Shown one piece after another: positions 27,452 through 37,314 of a DNA stretch of 64,000 nucleotides (positions are counted from its first letter, which is position 1; each line of letters opens with the position of its first letter). Source of the DNA: an uncultured bacterium (GTDB taxonomy: Bacteria; Patescibacteriota; Minisyncoccia; Minisyncoccales; UBA5738); contig CAINCQ010000041.1 of the NCBI GenBank assembly GCA_903847095.1, positions 8,292-72,291 of the forward strand. Direction: 5' to 3'. The position numbers were made by a program, and so were the translations under genes. A model generated the notes under the pieces. That model saw only the letters and a program-made list of their open reading frames with translations. It had not been told where the DNA came from and made no database searches.

Positions 27452-28348
27452 TTATAGAACCTTCAGCATTTGATCGAAATCCGGAATTTCCAGCCGCGCG
27501 TTCAGTTCTTTGACCGTGGACAGCGTCCGGTTCAATTCGGTCGAATCGTCGGCAATTATTTCGCAATCGATATCGTATTTTTCCCGGAACTTCAAAAGCA
27601 TCTCGTATTTTGAAACTACGTTGGAAAAAACGTGGTAGACGCCTTTTTGAGGATAATCGGAGCGGTTTTCAAAAATCTTTTTGCAAATATTCCCGAATTC
27701 CCGCGTGGTTATGCCGTTCCAAAAATGTCGGCGGTAACCATTAATAGTTTTACCTTCTTGTTGTTTGAACCATCCAAGCAGGCTGAAAAATCCCTCAATT
27801 TCCGGCCCGACAATCGAAGTCCGCAAGGTTAAACAGTTTTGCGGTTCGCCCAGGCTCTTTGAAAGCCCGTAAAGGTCAGTGGGGCTCGGAAGCGAATTTT
27901 CATCGTAGGGAAAGCCGGCCAGTCCGCCAAAAACGCAGTCGGTGGTGATATGGATAAGCTTTGATCCAAAAGTATCGGCCAATAGGTGCGGTAGGGCCGA
28001 GTTGATGAAAAAAGTGTTGGAACAATCTTTTAAGGAATGCGGTATGATAATGCCCGCGCAATTAACGATTCCGTCGACCTTACCGAGTTCACCGAGAAAT
28101 TCCCGATAGCGCGGGCTGGCGCCAAGGTTCTTAAAACCTTTCACGTAATCATCGTAAATAAGATTGAAATCAAAACTTTTGGCCTCGTGGGGTTTAACGC
28201 TTCCGTAAGCCTTTTCGAGAAGCGGCAATTTGTCGGATCTGTGCAAAAAAATAATAAGGTTGAAGCTGTCTTTGAGGACATTGTAAACCATGCTTCCCAG
28301 CATGCCGTTAGCTCCGAGAATAGCGATTGTCTTTTTATTGTTTTCCAT
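27452..28348 (-). CDS. RmlD-like NDP-4-keto-6-deoxysugar reductase
   Basis: ILGANGMLG, NCAG, IHITTDCVF, YGLSKSLGE, LRTSI.G. Confidence 0.88.
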   Translation of the reverse strand: MENNKKTIAILGANGMLGSMVYNVLKDSFNLIIFLHRSDKLPLLEKAYGSVKPHEAKSFDFNLIYDDYVKGFKNLGASPRYREFLGELGKVDGIVNCAGIIIPHSLKDCSNTFFINSALPHLLADTFGSKLIHITTDCVFGGLAGFPYDENSLPSPTDLYGLSKSLGEPQNCLTLRTSIVGPEIEGFFSLLGWFKQQEGKTINGYRRHFWNGITTREFGNICKKIFENRSDYPQKGVYHVFSNVVSKYEMLLKFREKYDIDCEIIADDSTELNRTLSTVKELNARLEIPDFDQMLKVL

Positions 28349-28365
28349 ACTTTAGCGAGAACCCG

Positions 28366-29499
28366 CTAATTATATTTTCTTAAAATATTTTTTGCCTGGC
28401 TGGCGATCAGGCGCACGATTTTTCCGGAAACGTTCTCTTCCTGATAGCAGGCCGGCGCCTTAAAAATTTCGTTTCCGGCAAATTGGCTGGTTACGATTTC
28501 GATCGATTGCAAAACCATATCTTTGTCCAATCCCGAAAGGATCGCGGCGCCTTCATCGTAAGCTTCGGGCCGTTCCGAGCTGGTTCTCACTTGAACGGCG
28601 GGGAATTTGATCATCGAACATTCTTCCAAAATCGTCCCGCTGTCGGAGAGGGCGCAAAAAGAATTTTGCTGCAGATTGATATAATCGAAATATCCAAAAG
28701 GCTTATGGGATTTCACCAGGGAATTGAGTTTTAAACCCTCTTGATCGAGGCGTTTTTTCGTGCGCGGATGGATACTAAAAATCACCGGCAGTTTATAAAC
28801 TTTTGCGACTGCGTCCAAAATATCGGCCAGTTTGGTCAAAGCTTCTTTACGGTCGACGTTTTCTTCCCGGTGGAGGCTGGCGGAAAAATATTTTCCTTTT
28901 TTTAGTCCCAATCGATCGAGAATATCCGAGTCGGCTATCTTTTTTTTATAATAATTGAAAACTTCCCACAATGGCGATCCGGTAACAAAGATGGTTTCGT
29001 TTCTTATGCCTTCCCGGATGAGATATTGCCGCGCGTTTTCGCTGTAAGGCAGGTTGATGTCGCTGATATGGTCGATTATCCGCCGGTTTATTTCTTCGGG
29101 AACGTTTTCGTCAAAACACCGGTTCCCCGCTTCCATGTGGAATATCGGTATCTTCATCCGCTTGGCAACGATGGTCGATAAAGCGCTATTGGTATCCCCC
29201 AAGATCAAAAGGCAATCCGGCTTTTCTTTTAAGAACACTTCTTCGCATTGGATAATAATATTGGCAATTTGGCCGCCCAGGCTGTCGGCCTTGACGTTCA
29301 AAGAATAATCCGGTTTTCTTATCCCCATTTGTTCAAAAAAAATTTTGTCCAATTCGTAGTCGTAATTCTGGCTGGTACGCACCATCACATGGTTAAAATG
29401 ACGGTCCAGTTTCTCGAAAATCCGGGATAAGCGGATGATCTCGGGCCGTGTTCCAAAAACCGTCGCTACCTTTATTTTTTTGGCTATTTTCGCTTCCAT
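28366..29499 (-). CDS. wecB: UDP-N-acetylhexosamine 2-epimerase (non-hydrolysing; FnlC/QnlB-like)
   Basis: GTRPEIIRLS, LGDTNS, FHMEAGNRCFD..VPEEINR, HREENVD, SDSGT, ERPE. Confidence 0.92.
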   Translation of the reverse strand: MEAKIAKKIKVATVFGTRPEIIRLSRIFEKLDRHFNHVMVRTSQNYDYELDKIFFEQMGIRKPDYSLNVKADSLGGQIANIIIQCEEVFLKEKPDCLLILGDTNSALSTIVAKRMKIPIFHMEAGNRCFDENVPEEINRRIIDHISDINLPYSENARQYLIREGIRNETIFVTGSPLWEVFNYYKKKIADSDILDRLGLKKGKYFSASLHREENVDRKEALTKLADILDAVAKVYKLPVIFSIHPRTKKRLDQEGLKLNSLVKSHKPFGYFDYINLQQNSFCALSDSGTILEECSMIKFPAVQVRTSSERPEAYDEGAAILSGLDKDMVLQSIEIVTSQFAGNEIFKAPACYQEENVSGKIVRLIASQAKNILRKYN

Positions 29500-29502
29500 T
29501 GG

Positions 29503-30552
29503 TTATTTTTTTATGAATTCCAGGTCTTTTTTGATTTCTTCAAGAGAAAGTAGCGTTTTTTCCATCTCCTCTTGCGACAACTGTCTGGTGTTTTCCGAAG
29601 TGTAGCCGCTCGCGGAAACATCCGCGTTTTGATTGCCTTCGAAATAATATTTACGGTAATCGATTTTAGAAAATTCCGGGTGTATCCGGAAATAATCTCC
29701 GCAGTCTTCGGTTCTCAATAATTCTTCCGCTGAGATCAGGGTTTCGTGCATTTTTTCTCCCGCGCGGATACCGATCTCCCTGGTTCCCAGGCTGTAAGCG
29801 AAAATCGAAACCATCGCCTTGGCCAGATCCGAAATGGTGGCTGCCGGAGATTTTTTTACGTAAATTTCCCCGTCTTTGCCGTTGCTTAACGCGTAAAGAA
29901 CCAGATCGACCGAATCGTCCAGCGTCATCATGAACCTGGTCATTTTTCCGTCGGTTATCGTAAGCGGCTTAGATTGCTTCATCAAATCAATGAAGAAAGG
30001 GATTACCGATCCGCGGGAATACATCACATTACCGTACCTTGTGGCGCACAACACCGTTTTACCTCTTTTCGACTGGGAGGACGCGATCATTATTCTTTCC
30101 ATCAACGCCTTGGTCATACCCATCACGTTTATCGGATAGACCGCCTTGTCGGTGCTTAATACGACAACTCTTTCAACCTCATGATCGATAGCCGCGTTTA
30201 TCACGTTATAAGCTCCGATCGCGTTGGTTTTGATCGCTTCCATCGGAAAAAATTCACAATTAGGAACTTGCTTTAACGCGGCGGCATGAAAAACCAGATC
30301 GACGCCCGCCATTGCGTAGCCGATTGTTTCTTTGTCCCTGATGTCCCCCACCACGAATTTCAACTTATCGTTGTTGTAGCGGTTACCCATATCGAACTGT
30401 TTTTTTTCGTCGCGGCTGAAAATGATAATTTGCTTGGGGTCAAGCGTCAATAAGTGGTCGACTGCGGTGTGCCCGAAAGAACCGGTCCCGCCGGTTACTA
30501 ATATCGTTTTGTTTCTAATATGATCGATGAAACGGCGGATATCGGATGCCAT
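29503..30552 (-). CDS. fnlA: UDP-GlcNAc 4,6-dehydratase/5-epimerase (FnlA/CapE-like)
   Basis: TGGTGSFG, FSRDEKKQ, HAAALKQVP.CEFFP.EA, LSTDKAVYPIN.MG, TRYGNV..SRGSVIP; start MASDIRR at 30552. Confidence 0.9.
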   Translation of the reverse strand: MASDIRRFIDHIRNKTILVTGGTGSFGHTAVDHLLTLDPKQIIIFSRDEKKQFDMGNRYNNDKLKFVVGDIRDKETIGYAMAGVDLVFHAAALKQVPNCEFFPMEAIKTNAIGAYNVINAAIDHEVERVVVLSTDKAVYPINVMGMTKALMERIMIASSQSKRGKTVLCATRYGNVMYSRGSVIPFFIDLMKQSKPLTITDGKMTRFMMTLDDSVDLVLYALSNGKDGEIYVKKSPAATISDLAKAMVSIFAYSLGTREIGIRAGEKMHETLISAEELLRTEDCGDYFRIHPEFSKIDYRKYYFEGNQNADVSASGYTSENTRQLSQEEMEKTLLSLEEIKKDLEFIKK

Positions 30553-30900
30553 AAAGTAAAATATTTGTTTTCCGATGGTGTTTCGCCCTGGGTGGCCTAA
30601 AATCGCGCCATTCGTGCAAAAAATTATCCTAAAAGATTTCTTCCGGAGTACCCAAATCCTCCTCGCTTCTTCCCGCATTCCGCGGAAAAGAAACCGATTT
30701 TTTTTATTCTGAAAGAATCGGCAGTCTCCGGCACCTTTTAGGTTTCCAGAACCTGCCCCTGCCCTCTAAAATAACGAATAATCAATTTACGACTCGGAAT
30801 GTCTTTAGTGAGTATATATTATCCAAACCGTTCCTTCAATCCCGAGGTTAATGATCGACCGGTCGTCATTGCCAGTCTGCCCGTTGGCGAGAGCCAAAAC

Positions 30901-31845
30901 CTAATGGTTTTGTCGCAAGTGAAAGCGGGTGAAAAAACGATGCATTGATCGTTTTGCGGATTTCAATATCTTCAAAGGAGTGGCGAGCAACAAATACCGT
31001 AAAGAAAAAAAGGGCGAATAATTTATGGCCTTCGCGATAAGTTTGATTGCCAGCACGTACCGTCTTTGCAACAAGGCTTGGAGACCGTAAAATAAATGCA
31101 TTTCCGCCATCAAATCGGCCTTAAATGGATGACCAAGCGATGAGTCGTCAGCCAGCGCCCGTTCGTAATAAATTTTACGCGCACTAATATTATCCTCGAT
31201 TTTTACCTTTTCGTCCGGATGCTGCCGGATAACGGCCAGATTTTTTTGGATATGCAGAATTTTTCGATCTTTCGCTATTCTTCGCCAAAGATCAAAATCT
31301 TCGCAAACATTCATCGCAACGTTGAAACCTCCGGCTTCTTTCAATATATCGCTTCTTATCATTACGGTCGGAATCGTTATAAAAGAATTTTTGATAAACA
31401 GCAGTTTGGGATATATATTTCCCGATAGATTTCCGCCCCATTTTTCTCCCACCATCAAAAAACCTTTTTCGTCCATCATCAGTGCGTGTGAGTAAGACAT
31501 GGCGTATTCGGGAAATTTTTCCATCGCCTCAACCTGGATGAGCAGTTTGTCGGGCAAAAACGTATCGTCGTCATCCAAAAAGGCGATGTATTTTCCCTGA
31601 GCCAAATTAATTCCCCGATTTCTGGCGAAAGATACCCCCGAGTGGTTCTGTCGTGCATACCGGATCGTCGGGTAGCCGCTGACATCGAATGCTTCGCTCA
31701 GGCGGATATTGGATCCGTCGTCAACGATAATTATTTCAAAGTTTCGATAACTTTGGGCAAGCACGCTTTTTATGGCGTCCTTGCACCACAAAGGCCGGTC
31801 AAAATACGGGATTATTACGCTGACTTTCGGTTGATCGAAAACCAT
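30901..31845 (-). CDS. GT2 glycosyltransferase
   Basis: VSVIIP, VDDGS, ARNRGI..A.G.YIAFLDDDD, EDFDLW. Confidence 0.93.
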   Translation of the reverse strand: MVFDQPKVSVIIPYFDRPLWCKDAIKSVLAQSYRNFEIIIVDDGSNIRLSEAFDVSGYPTIRYARQNHSGVSFARNRGINLAQGKYIAFLDDDDTFLPDKLLIQVEAMEKFPEYAMSYSHALMMDEKGFLMVGEKWGGNLSGNIYPKLLFIKNSFITIPTVMIRSDILKEAGGFNVAMNVCEDFDLWRRIAKDRKILHIQKNLAVIRQHPDEKVKIEDNISARKIYYERALADDSSLGHPFKADLMAEMHLFYGLQALLQRRYVLAIKLIAKAINYSPFFSLRYLLLATPLKILKSAKRSMHRFFTRFHLRQNH

Positions 31846-32738
31846 ATTTTTTTTGCGACTCTTTTGGTGAGTCTGACGGCGCGGTTTTCAAAAAGGAGAA
31901 AATACCGCTTGGGATGGTAAAAAAAAGAAATCAGCAGGTATTTAATTCCTTTAAAAGATACCCTGTTCCCGCTCATCCACCACGCGAGAAAATACGCGGA
32001 GCTGAAGGTTTCATTTTTTAATTTTTTAAGGCTTTCGGGAAAATCCGGCAAGTCGTAAATTTTTTTGGCGAGATCGATATGTTCCTTCGACATTCGGTCG
32101 CCCAAGCTGTTGACGCTCGCCGAACCGGTATGAACCCGGAATGTCGCTAAAACCTCGGGCAGGCGGGTAAACGTTCCCGTGAGCCCGGCCCTTAGCCAAA
32201 AATCAAAATCCGATACGTATTTGAACCGTGCGTCGCGTCCGGCCAGTTTGTCGATAACCGATTTGCGGAAGAAGGCTCCTGGTCCCGGAACGCAATGGAA
32301 TGTTCTTAGAATATACTCATAGTTATAATCCGGCGTCCTGACTTTTTCAAAAACACGCCCTTTCTCGTCGATTTTTTCCCAATCGGGGTAAACAACGATC
32401 GTTTCATGATGCGACCGGAAACATTGAACGATTTTTTTTACCGCCTCCGGTAAAAGTGGATCATCGGAATTTACGACGCCGACGATTTCTCCTTTTGCCA
32501 ATGAAAACCCTTTATTTACCGTCCGGGCTTCCCCTATATTCTCGTGTTTTTCCAAAATCACCCGGCCTTGGTATTTATGCAGCACATCCCAGCTATTATC
32601 GTTCGATCCGTCATCCAACAGAATATACTCGATATTCGGATAATCCTGATCCAGCACGCTTCGGATGGTTTTATCCACCAAATCAGCCCGATTGTAAACC
32701 GGCGTTATTATGGTAACCAACGGCCAATCTTTATCCAT
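31815..32738 (-). CDS. GT2 glycosyltransferase
   Basis: VTIITPVYN, DDGS.D, NSDD, DFDFWLR. Confidence 0.93.
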   Translation of the reverse strand: MDKDWPLVTIITPVYNRADLVDKTIRSVLDQDYPNIEYILLDDGSNDNSWDVLHKYQGRVILEKHENIGEARTVNKGFSLAKGEIVGVVNSDDPLLPEAVKKIVQCFRSHHETIVVYPDWEKIDEKGRVFEKVRTPDYNYEYILRTFHCVPGPGAFFRKSVIDKLAGRDARFKYVSDFDFWLRAGLTGTFTRLPEVLATFRVHTGSASVNSLGDRMSKEHIDLAKKIYDLPDFPESLKKLKNETFSSAYFLAWWMSGNRVSFKGIKYLLISFFYHPKRYFLLFENRAVRLTKRVAKKIWFSINRKSA

Positions 32739-33933
32739 GATTATTTATAAGGCGATCGTAAACCCTTAATATTTCAGGCGCCAGGTCGTTCCATCCGAAT
32801 TTAAGGGAAGTTTCCTGCGCCGCTTGGCCCATTCTTTCTCTTAATTTTCTATTTTGCAATAGAATGTCCATTTTTTCGGTTAGTGAGGCGAGGTTATCGG
32901 CCGGAATAATAAATGCTTCCTTTCCGTTTGTTATGTATTCGGTAATTCCGATATTTTTGGTGCAAATGAACGGTTTGCCCGCGGCCATCGCTTCCAGGCA
33001 GACCATGGAAAAACTTTCCAGAACGCAAGGGTGGACTAAAAAATCGGACGCCGTAAAATAAGCCATTATTTCCGGCGGCGGGATTTGGCCGACAATGTAA
33101 ATTTGATCTTCCAAGCGGGCGTTCCTAATTATATCGCGGTAGAAATTTTCAAGCGAGCCGGCGCCCAATATTAAAATTACGAACGAATTCCCCTGTCTTT
33201 TTTTTAACTCGATAGCGGCATATAGGACTTGCTCGATGCGTTTTATGTGCGCGAAAAAACCGACAGCTAAAATTACCGTTTTATTTTCCGTGATGCGTTT
33301 CCATTGTTCAGGAATGGGCTTGATCTTTGAATTCCCTATCCCATTGGGAATGACCTGGATTTCTTTCTCGATCCCTTGTTCTTTGTAGGAACAGGCCGTC
33401 ATTTTTGAGACGGCGATCAGCTTATCGGCGAGGTTCAAATTATTAACGACTTGTTTCATGGCATCCGGGCCAAAACATGATACGTGATACTCGTATAGGT
33501 TATGGATGGTCACAAGCGATGGAATGTTCAGCGTCCGTCCCACCACCGCGGCTTCGTCGCCGATATAAACTTCATGGCCGTGCACGAGAGAAAAATGGTA
33601 TCGCGAATGTAATTTTTTTGCCTTACTCACGATTTCCATCCTTAAAAAGCTTTTTTTCCGGGATTTTTCATCATAGCGCCGGTTAAAAACGAATTTTTCG
33701 GCATTCAGCAGGAATGTCGATAGATGGCATTTGAGATAATGGATGCTGATATCGCCATCCTTGACCACCGATTTTTCTATTTTCGTTTTAAAGGAAACCG
33801 GCACAATTACCGCTATATTGTAATATTTTTCCAGAGCTTTTAATTGGTTTTGGACGAAAGCTCCCAAGAAAAGAATGTTTAGATTGGGATAAAGTTCGGT
33901 AATGACGAGAATCCACGGTTTTTGATTATTCAT
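32731..33933 (-). CDS. GT4 glycosyltransferase (paralogue 1)
   Basis: IPNGI, KR, ESFSMVCLEAMAAGKP. Confidence 0.92.
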   Translation of the reverse strand: MNNQKPWILVITELYPNLNILFLGAFVQNQLKALEKYYNIAVIVPVSFKTKIEKSVVKDGDISIHYLKCHLSTFLLNAEKFVFNRRYDEKSRKKSFLRMEIVSKAKKLHSRYHFSLVHGHEVYIGDEAAVVGRTLNIPSLVTIHNLYEYHVSCFGPDAMKQVVNNLNLADKLIAVSKMTACSYKEQGIEKEIQVIPNGIGNSKIKPIPEQWKRITENKTVILAVGFFAHIKRIEQVLYAAIELKKRQGNSFVILILGAGSLENFYRDIIRNARLEDQIYIVGQIPPPEIMAYFTASDFLVHPCVLESFSMVCLEAMAAGKPFICTKNIGITEYITNGKEAFIIPADNLASLTEKMDILLQNRKLRERMGQAAQETSLKFGWNDLAPEILRVYDRLINNHG

Positions 33934-33937
33934 GTGG

Positions 33938-35140
33938 TCAGGTTTTGAGTCCTTTCAGCGAATCGGAGTAAAGAGCGGATATTTTGGGTATCAAATTATC
34001 CCACCGGAACTTTGTTGAGGCACGATAGGCCGCTTGGCCCATCGTTTTTCTCATGCCGGGATTTTTCAACAGAAGGTCCATTTTTTCAGTCAGAGCAGCG
34101 ATATCGTCTGGCGGAACGACAAAAGCTTCGATTCCATCGGTTATGTATTCGGTAATCCCGATATTTTTCGTGCAAATGAACGGTTTGCCCGCGGCCATCG
34201 CTTCCAGGCAGACCATGGAAAAACCATCGACAACGCTGGGGTGTAAAATAAAATCAGCCGCCGCGAAGTAAGACATCATTTCCGACGGCGGAATTTGGCC
34301 AAGGACGAGTATCCGATCCTTCAGGCCGTTATTAGCGGCGATTTGTTCGTACAGGCTTTCCAGCGGTCCGGTGCCGATAATCAAAAGAACGAAGTTTTTG
34401 TATTTTTCTTTCAATTTCGCGGCCGCGTAAATCGCCTGATCGATACGTCCTGCCTCCAGAAAAAGTCCGACGCTTAAAATAACCGTTTTGTCTTTTAAAT
34501 ACCCGCGTAACGGTTCCGGACTCGATCCGGCGCAAATATCGCCAATCCCTTCAGGAATGATTTGAAAACTTTTTTTGACGCCGTTAGCGATATATGAATC
34601 TGCCGCGATTTTTGAAACGGTTACGATTCTATCTGCGTTATTTAAGTTTTTGATTACCGCCTTCATAGCCGCTTGTCCAAAAAGCTGATTATGATAATCG
34701 TATAGATTATGAATGGTGATTATCGAGGGAATCCCAAGCGAACGTCCGGCGCCGGTGGCTTCGTCTCCGGTATACGCCTCATGGCCGTGAACCAGCTGGA
34801 ATTTATATTTTTTGTCGAGCTTTTTTGCCAATCCGATTATTTTCCTCCGCGAAAATTTTTTCTTTAGAGCGATTAAGGTTTCCAGATCGTATAAACCCAG
34901 TTTGAACATCGCCGAAAGAAATGCCAAAAAATAATCTTTTACGTAGTAAACATCGAGATCGCCGCGCTTGGCAAAACCCTGTTTTACTTTTGACTTGAAT
35001 GAAACCGGCACAATTACCGCTATTCGATAAAGTTTTGTCAGCTCTTTCAGCTGGTTAAACACAAATGATCCCAAAAAAAAGAGTTCCTCTTCAGGAAATA
35101 ATTCCGTAATAACCAGAATGGCCGGTTTAATTTGATTCAT
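33938..35140 (-). CDS. GT4 glycosyltransferase (paralogue 2)
   Basis: Same length (400 aa) and colinear with paralogue 1; DGFSMVCLEAMAAGKP. Confidence 0.9.
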   Translation of the reverse strand: MNQIKPAILVITELFPEEELFFLGSFVFNQLKELTKLYRIAVIVPVSFKSKVKQGFAKRGDLDVYYVKDYFLAFLSAMFKLGLYDLETLIALKKKFSRRKIIGLAKKLDKKYKFQLVHGHEAYTGDEATGAGRSLGIPSIITIHNLYDYHNQLFGQAAMKAVIKNLNNADRIVTVSKIAADSYIANGVKKSFQIIPEGIGDICAGSSPEPLRGYLKDKTVILSVGLFLEAGRIDQAIYAAAKLKEKYKNFVLLIIGTGPLESLYEQIAANNGLKDRILVLGQIPPSEMMSYFAAADFILHPSVVDGFSMVCLEAMAAGKPFICTKNIGITEYITDGIEAFVVPPDDIAALTEKMDLLLKNPGMRKTMGQAAYRASTKFRWDNLIPKISALYSDSLKGLKT

Positions 35141-36350
35141 GGGTGAACGGCGCGCCTAAAAATGAAGTGAGCGCGCTTTTCAAGTTATCCAGCGTCAGAT
35201 ATTTCAAAAATGCCTTCGTGCCGTTTTTTGTAAGCTTGGCGTACAATTCATTGTCGTCCGCCAGCAGAGCCAGCTTTTCCAGGATTTGCCCGGATTCCAA
35301 TGAATAACAGCAAATACCCGCATTGTTTTCCTCGATAAATTTAGCCGGTGACGCATATTTTGGACCATGGAATAATACCGGCCGGCCGGCCGCAAAATAT
35401 GCTGTCAATTTACTGGGAAAACTTGTTTTGGCCACGACTTCGCGATTCTCGCCAAAAAAATATGGACAATAAACAATATCCATTCCCGACAGGGTTTTTA
35501 TGGTTTCATCCAAAGACATGCGTCCCAGCTTCTCGATTCGGGCGCCGCAGGGAACGTCGACATAATCCAGATCGCCGATCAGATATACTTTGACATCGCG
35601 GCCGCTTATCCTCCAATTCGCCGATGATAATGCTGCAAGAAACGCATTCCATTCATCGGTGGCATACAACTGGCCCGCCAGACCAATTGACAGCTGGGAG
35701 TTTCCGTTTGGCGAGAGCGCCGGTTCCCGGGCCATTTTTTTATCCAGGCTGCCCCAAAAAACAATCGTTTTAACGCCATATCTTTTTGAATAATCGTCCG
35801 CCATCGCCCGGGAAGCCGTGCCGCAGGCAATACTATGCTTTATGGCTTTGTCGAATTCCGCAAGCACTTTCTTCTTTGAATATTTATCCAGCCCGACGGC
35901 GTCAAGCACCCAGGAAGGATCGTCCAAAACCATAACAATCAAGGGAACGCCAAGTTTCATGGCGATCTTCCGTGCGGAAATTATCGTTGTTTTCCCCTGC
36001 AGCACTGCCCAGACGCAGTCAACGCGATAATTTTTACCGAAACGCACGGCTTGATCGATAACCGTTTTATCTATGAAAAAATTGCGCGCTAACTCCGCGA
36101 TAAAACCGGCGCATTGACCCGGCGTTCCGGGAAGCAATTTACCGATGGCCGACGAGTATCCTCGTGGTTCGTTTATGATCCGGTGAGGGATCCACGAAAG
36201 ATCCGGAGAAATTCCGACTTTGAACAATGGGTCCTTGGCTACAAAACAAGAAATGTCCTCCCTGGGAACCATTCGGCAAAGCTGGTCAAGCATAATTCCG
36301 CTGGAAACTTTTTGCGTTGGCGGCAGAAAACTGAAAAGGAGGTAATTCAT
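35127..36350 (-). CDS. GT-B fold glycosyltransferase
   Basis: SFPSKL..Y.AAGRP; located within the glycan operon. Confidence 0.8.
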   Translation of the reverse strand: MNYLLFSFLPPTQKVSSGIMLDQLCRMVPREDISCFVAKDPLFKVGISPDLSWIPHRIINEPRGYSSAIGKLLPGTPGQCAGFIAELARNFFIDKTVIDQAVRFGKNYRVDCVWAVLQGKTTIISARKIAMKLGVPLIVMVLDDPSWVLDAVGLDKYSKKKVLAEFDKAIKHSIACGTASRAMADDYSKRYGVKTIVFWGSLDKKMAREPALSPNGNSQLSIGLAGQLYATDEWNAFLAALSSANWRISGRDVKVYLIGDLDYVDVPCGARIEKLGRMSLDETIKTLSGMDIVYCPYFFGENREVVAKTSFPSKLTAYFAAGRPVLFHGPKYASPAKFIEENNAGICCYSLESGQILEKLALLADDNELYAKLTKNGTKAFLKYLTLDNLKSALTSFLGAPFTHESN

Positions 36351-37306
36351 ATCTTGTTTAAGAATGGCAAGCGTTTTTTCACGTTCTTTATGAAGGAAAG
36401 CGTTTTCCAGGCCCGCGAATGGCGGATTTTATCCAATTCAAACCGGCATGAACGCAGTTCTTCTTCCGCAATTTCAAGCTTATACCGTAAAAACAAAAAC
36501 ATCGACTCCATCGGCGCTTCAGGCGGGTCGATCCGTCGTTTTGACTGATCATAGGTATTGTTGTCGCCGAAATTGCCCTTCCAGGCCGGAAAGGGAAATT
36601 CAAGGCCGCTTTTGCCGACGGGCGGGAGGTCTTTGCCTCGGCACACGCAAATAATAATGTTCGGTTTTTGCGGGCGGCGTGAATAATCGTAAATTATTCC
36701 GTCCCTATCCTGGTAGAATAATTCCGCGTCGGGAAATCCCAAGAAGTTGTTTTCCTTGATGTTTCGGATCATGTGATGGGGATTGCCGTCAGCTTCGCCG
36801 TAAGGAACGTCGAACAGGAGCCTTTGGCGAAATTTTATCTTTTTCGCCAAATCGAGGCCGGCGGCAACGTGTTCCAAGACCTGGTGCGAAACCGCGTAAT
36901 CGCATTCCGGCATTTTGGCGATAAACTTCGATAATTCGGCTTGGACATATTCGATATTTTCGCGAGCATAATTTTGTCTCGCGAATTCCAAACTTTCTTT
37001 TGAGGAATCCACTCCGGTTACGCGCGAACCGGAGAGGTGGCTCATCATATGGCTCCCATGCCCCACTCCGCAACCAAGATCAAGGATTTCGAGGGCTCCG
37101 TTTCGTTTCGTTTTTCCGTTCTCTTGATCATGGTTGATGATTTCGTAAAAAAAACGGTAGGCGCTTTTATGGCGCACTACTTCCATCCAATCGTGGCTTA
37201 TTCCCGGGATCAATCTTTCCCCCTTGTTGTAGATTGCTTTTTCCAGCAAAGCAAGCGTAAGCGAAAAAGGTTTTTTGCCGTCAAAATTGTTGTGATCGTT
37301 TTCCAT
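36347..37306 (-). CDS. Class I SAM methyltransferase with C-terminal coiled coil
   Basis: H...Y, ILDLGCGVG.G, GVD.S, VLEH; C-terminal helix ending S.AWK. Confidence 0.85.
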   Translation of the reverse strand: MENDHNNFDGKKPFSLTLALLEKAIYNKGERLIPGISHDWMEVVRHKSAYRFFYEIINHDQENGKTKRNGALEILDLGCGVGHGSHMMSHLSGSRVTGVDSSKESLEFARQNYARENIEYVQAELSKFIAKMPECDYAVSHQVLEHVAAGLDLAKKIKFRQRLLFDVPYGEADGNPHHMIRNIKENNFLGFPDAELFYQDRDGIIYDYSRRPQKPNIIICVCRGKDLPPVGKSGLEFPFPAWKGNFGDNNTYDQSKRRIDPPEAPMESMFLFLRYKLEIAEEELRSCRFELDKIRHSRAWKTLSFIKNVKKRLPFLNKI

Positions 37307-37314
37307 CGATTTTA

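Noticed and set aside
30553..30900. Cobalamin-riboswitch-like GGAGACTGCC and the ORF track's long N-terminal extension of fnlA
   Set aside because: Other B12-box elements are missing, and homology to the dehydratase family begins at MASDIRR (30552).
32930..34224. Possible DGR template/variable repeat pair
   Set aside because: Both copies are coding, the two mismatches are synonymous and not adenine-specific, and no reverse transcriptase is present.
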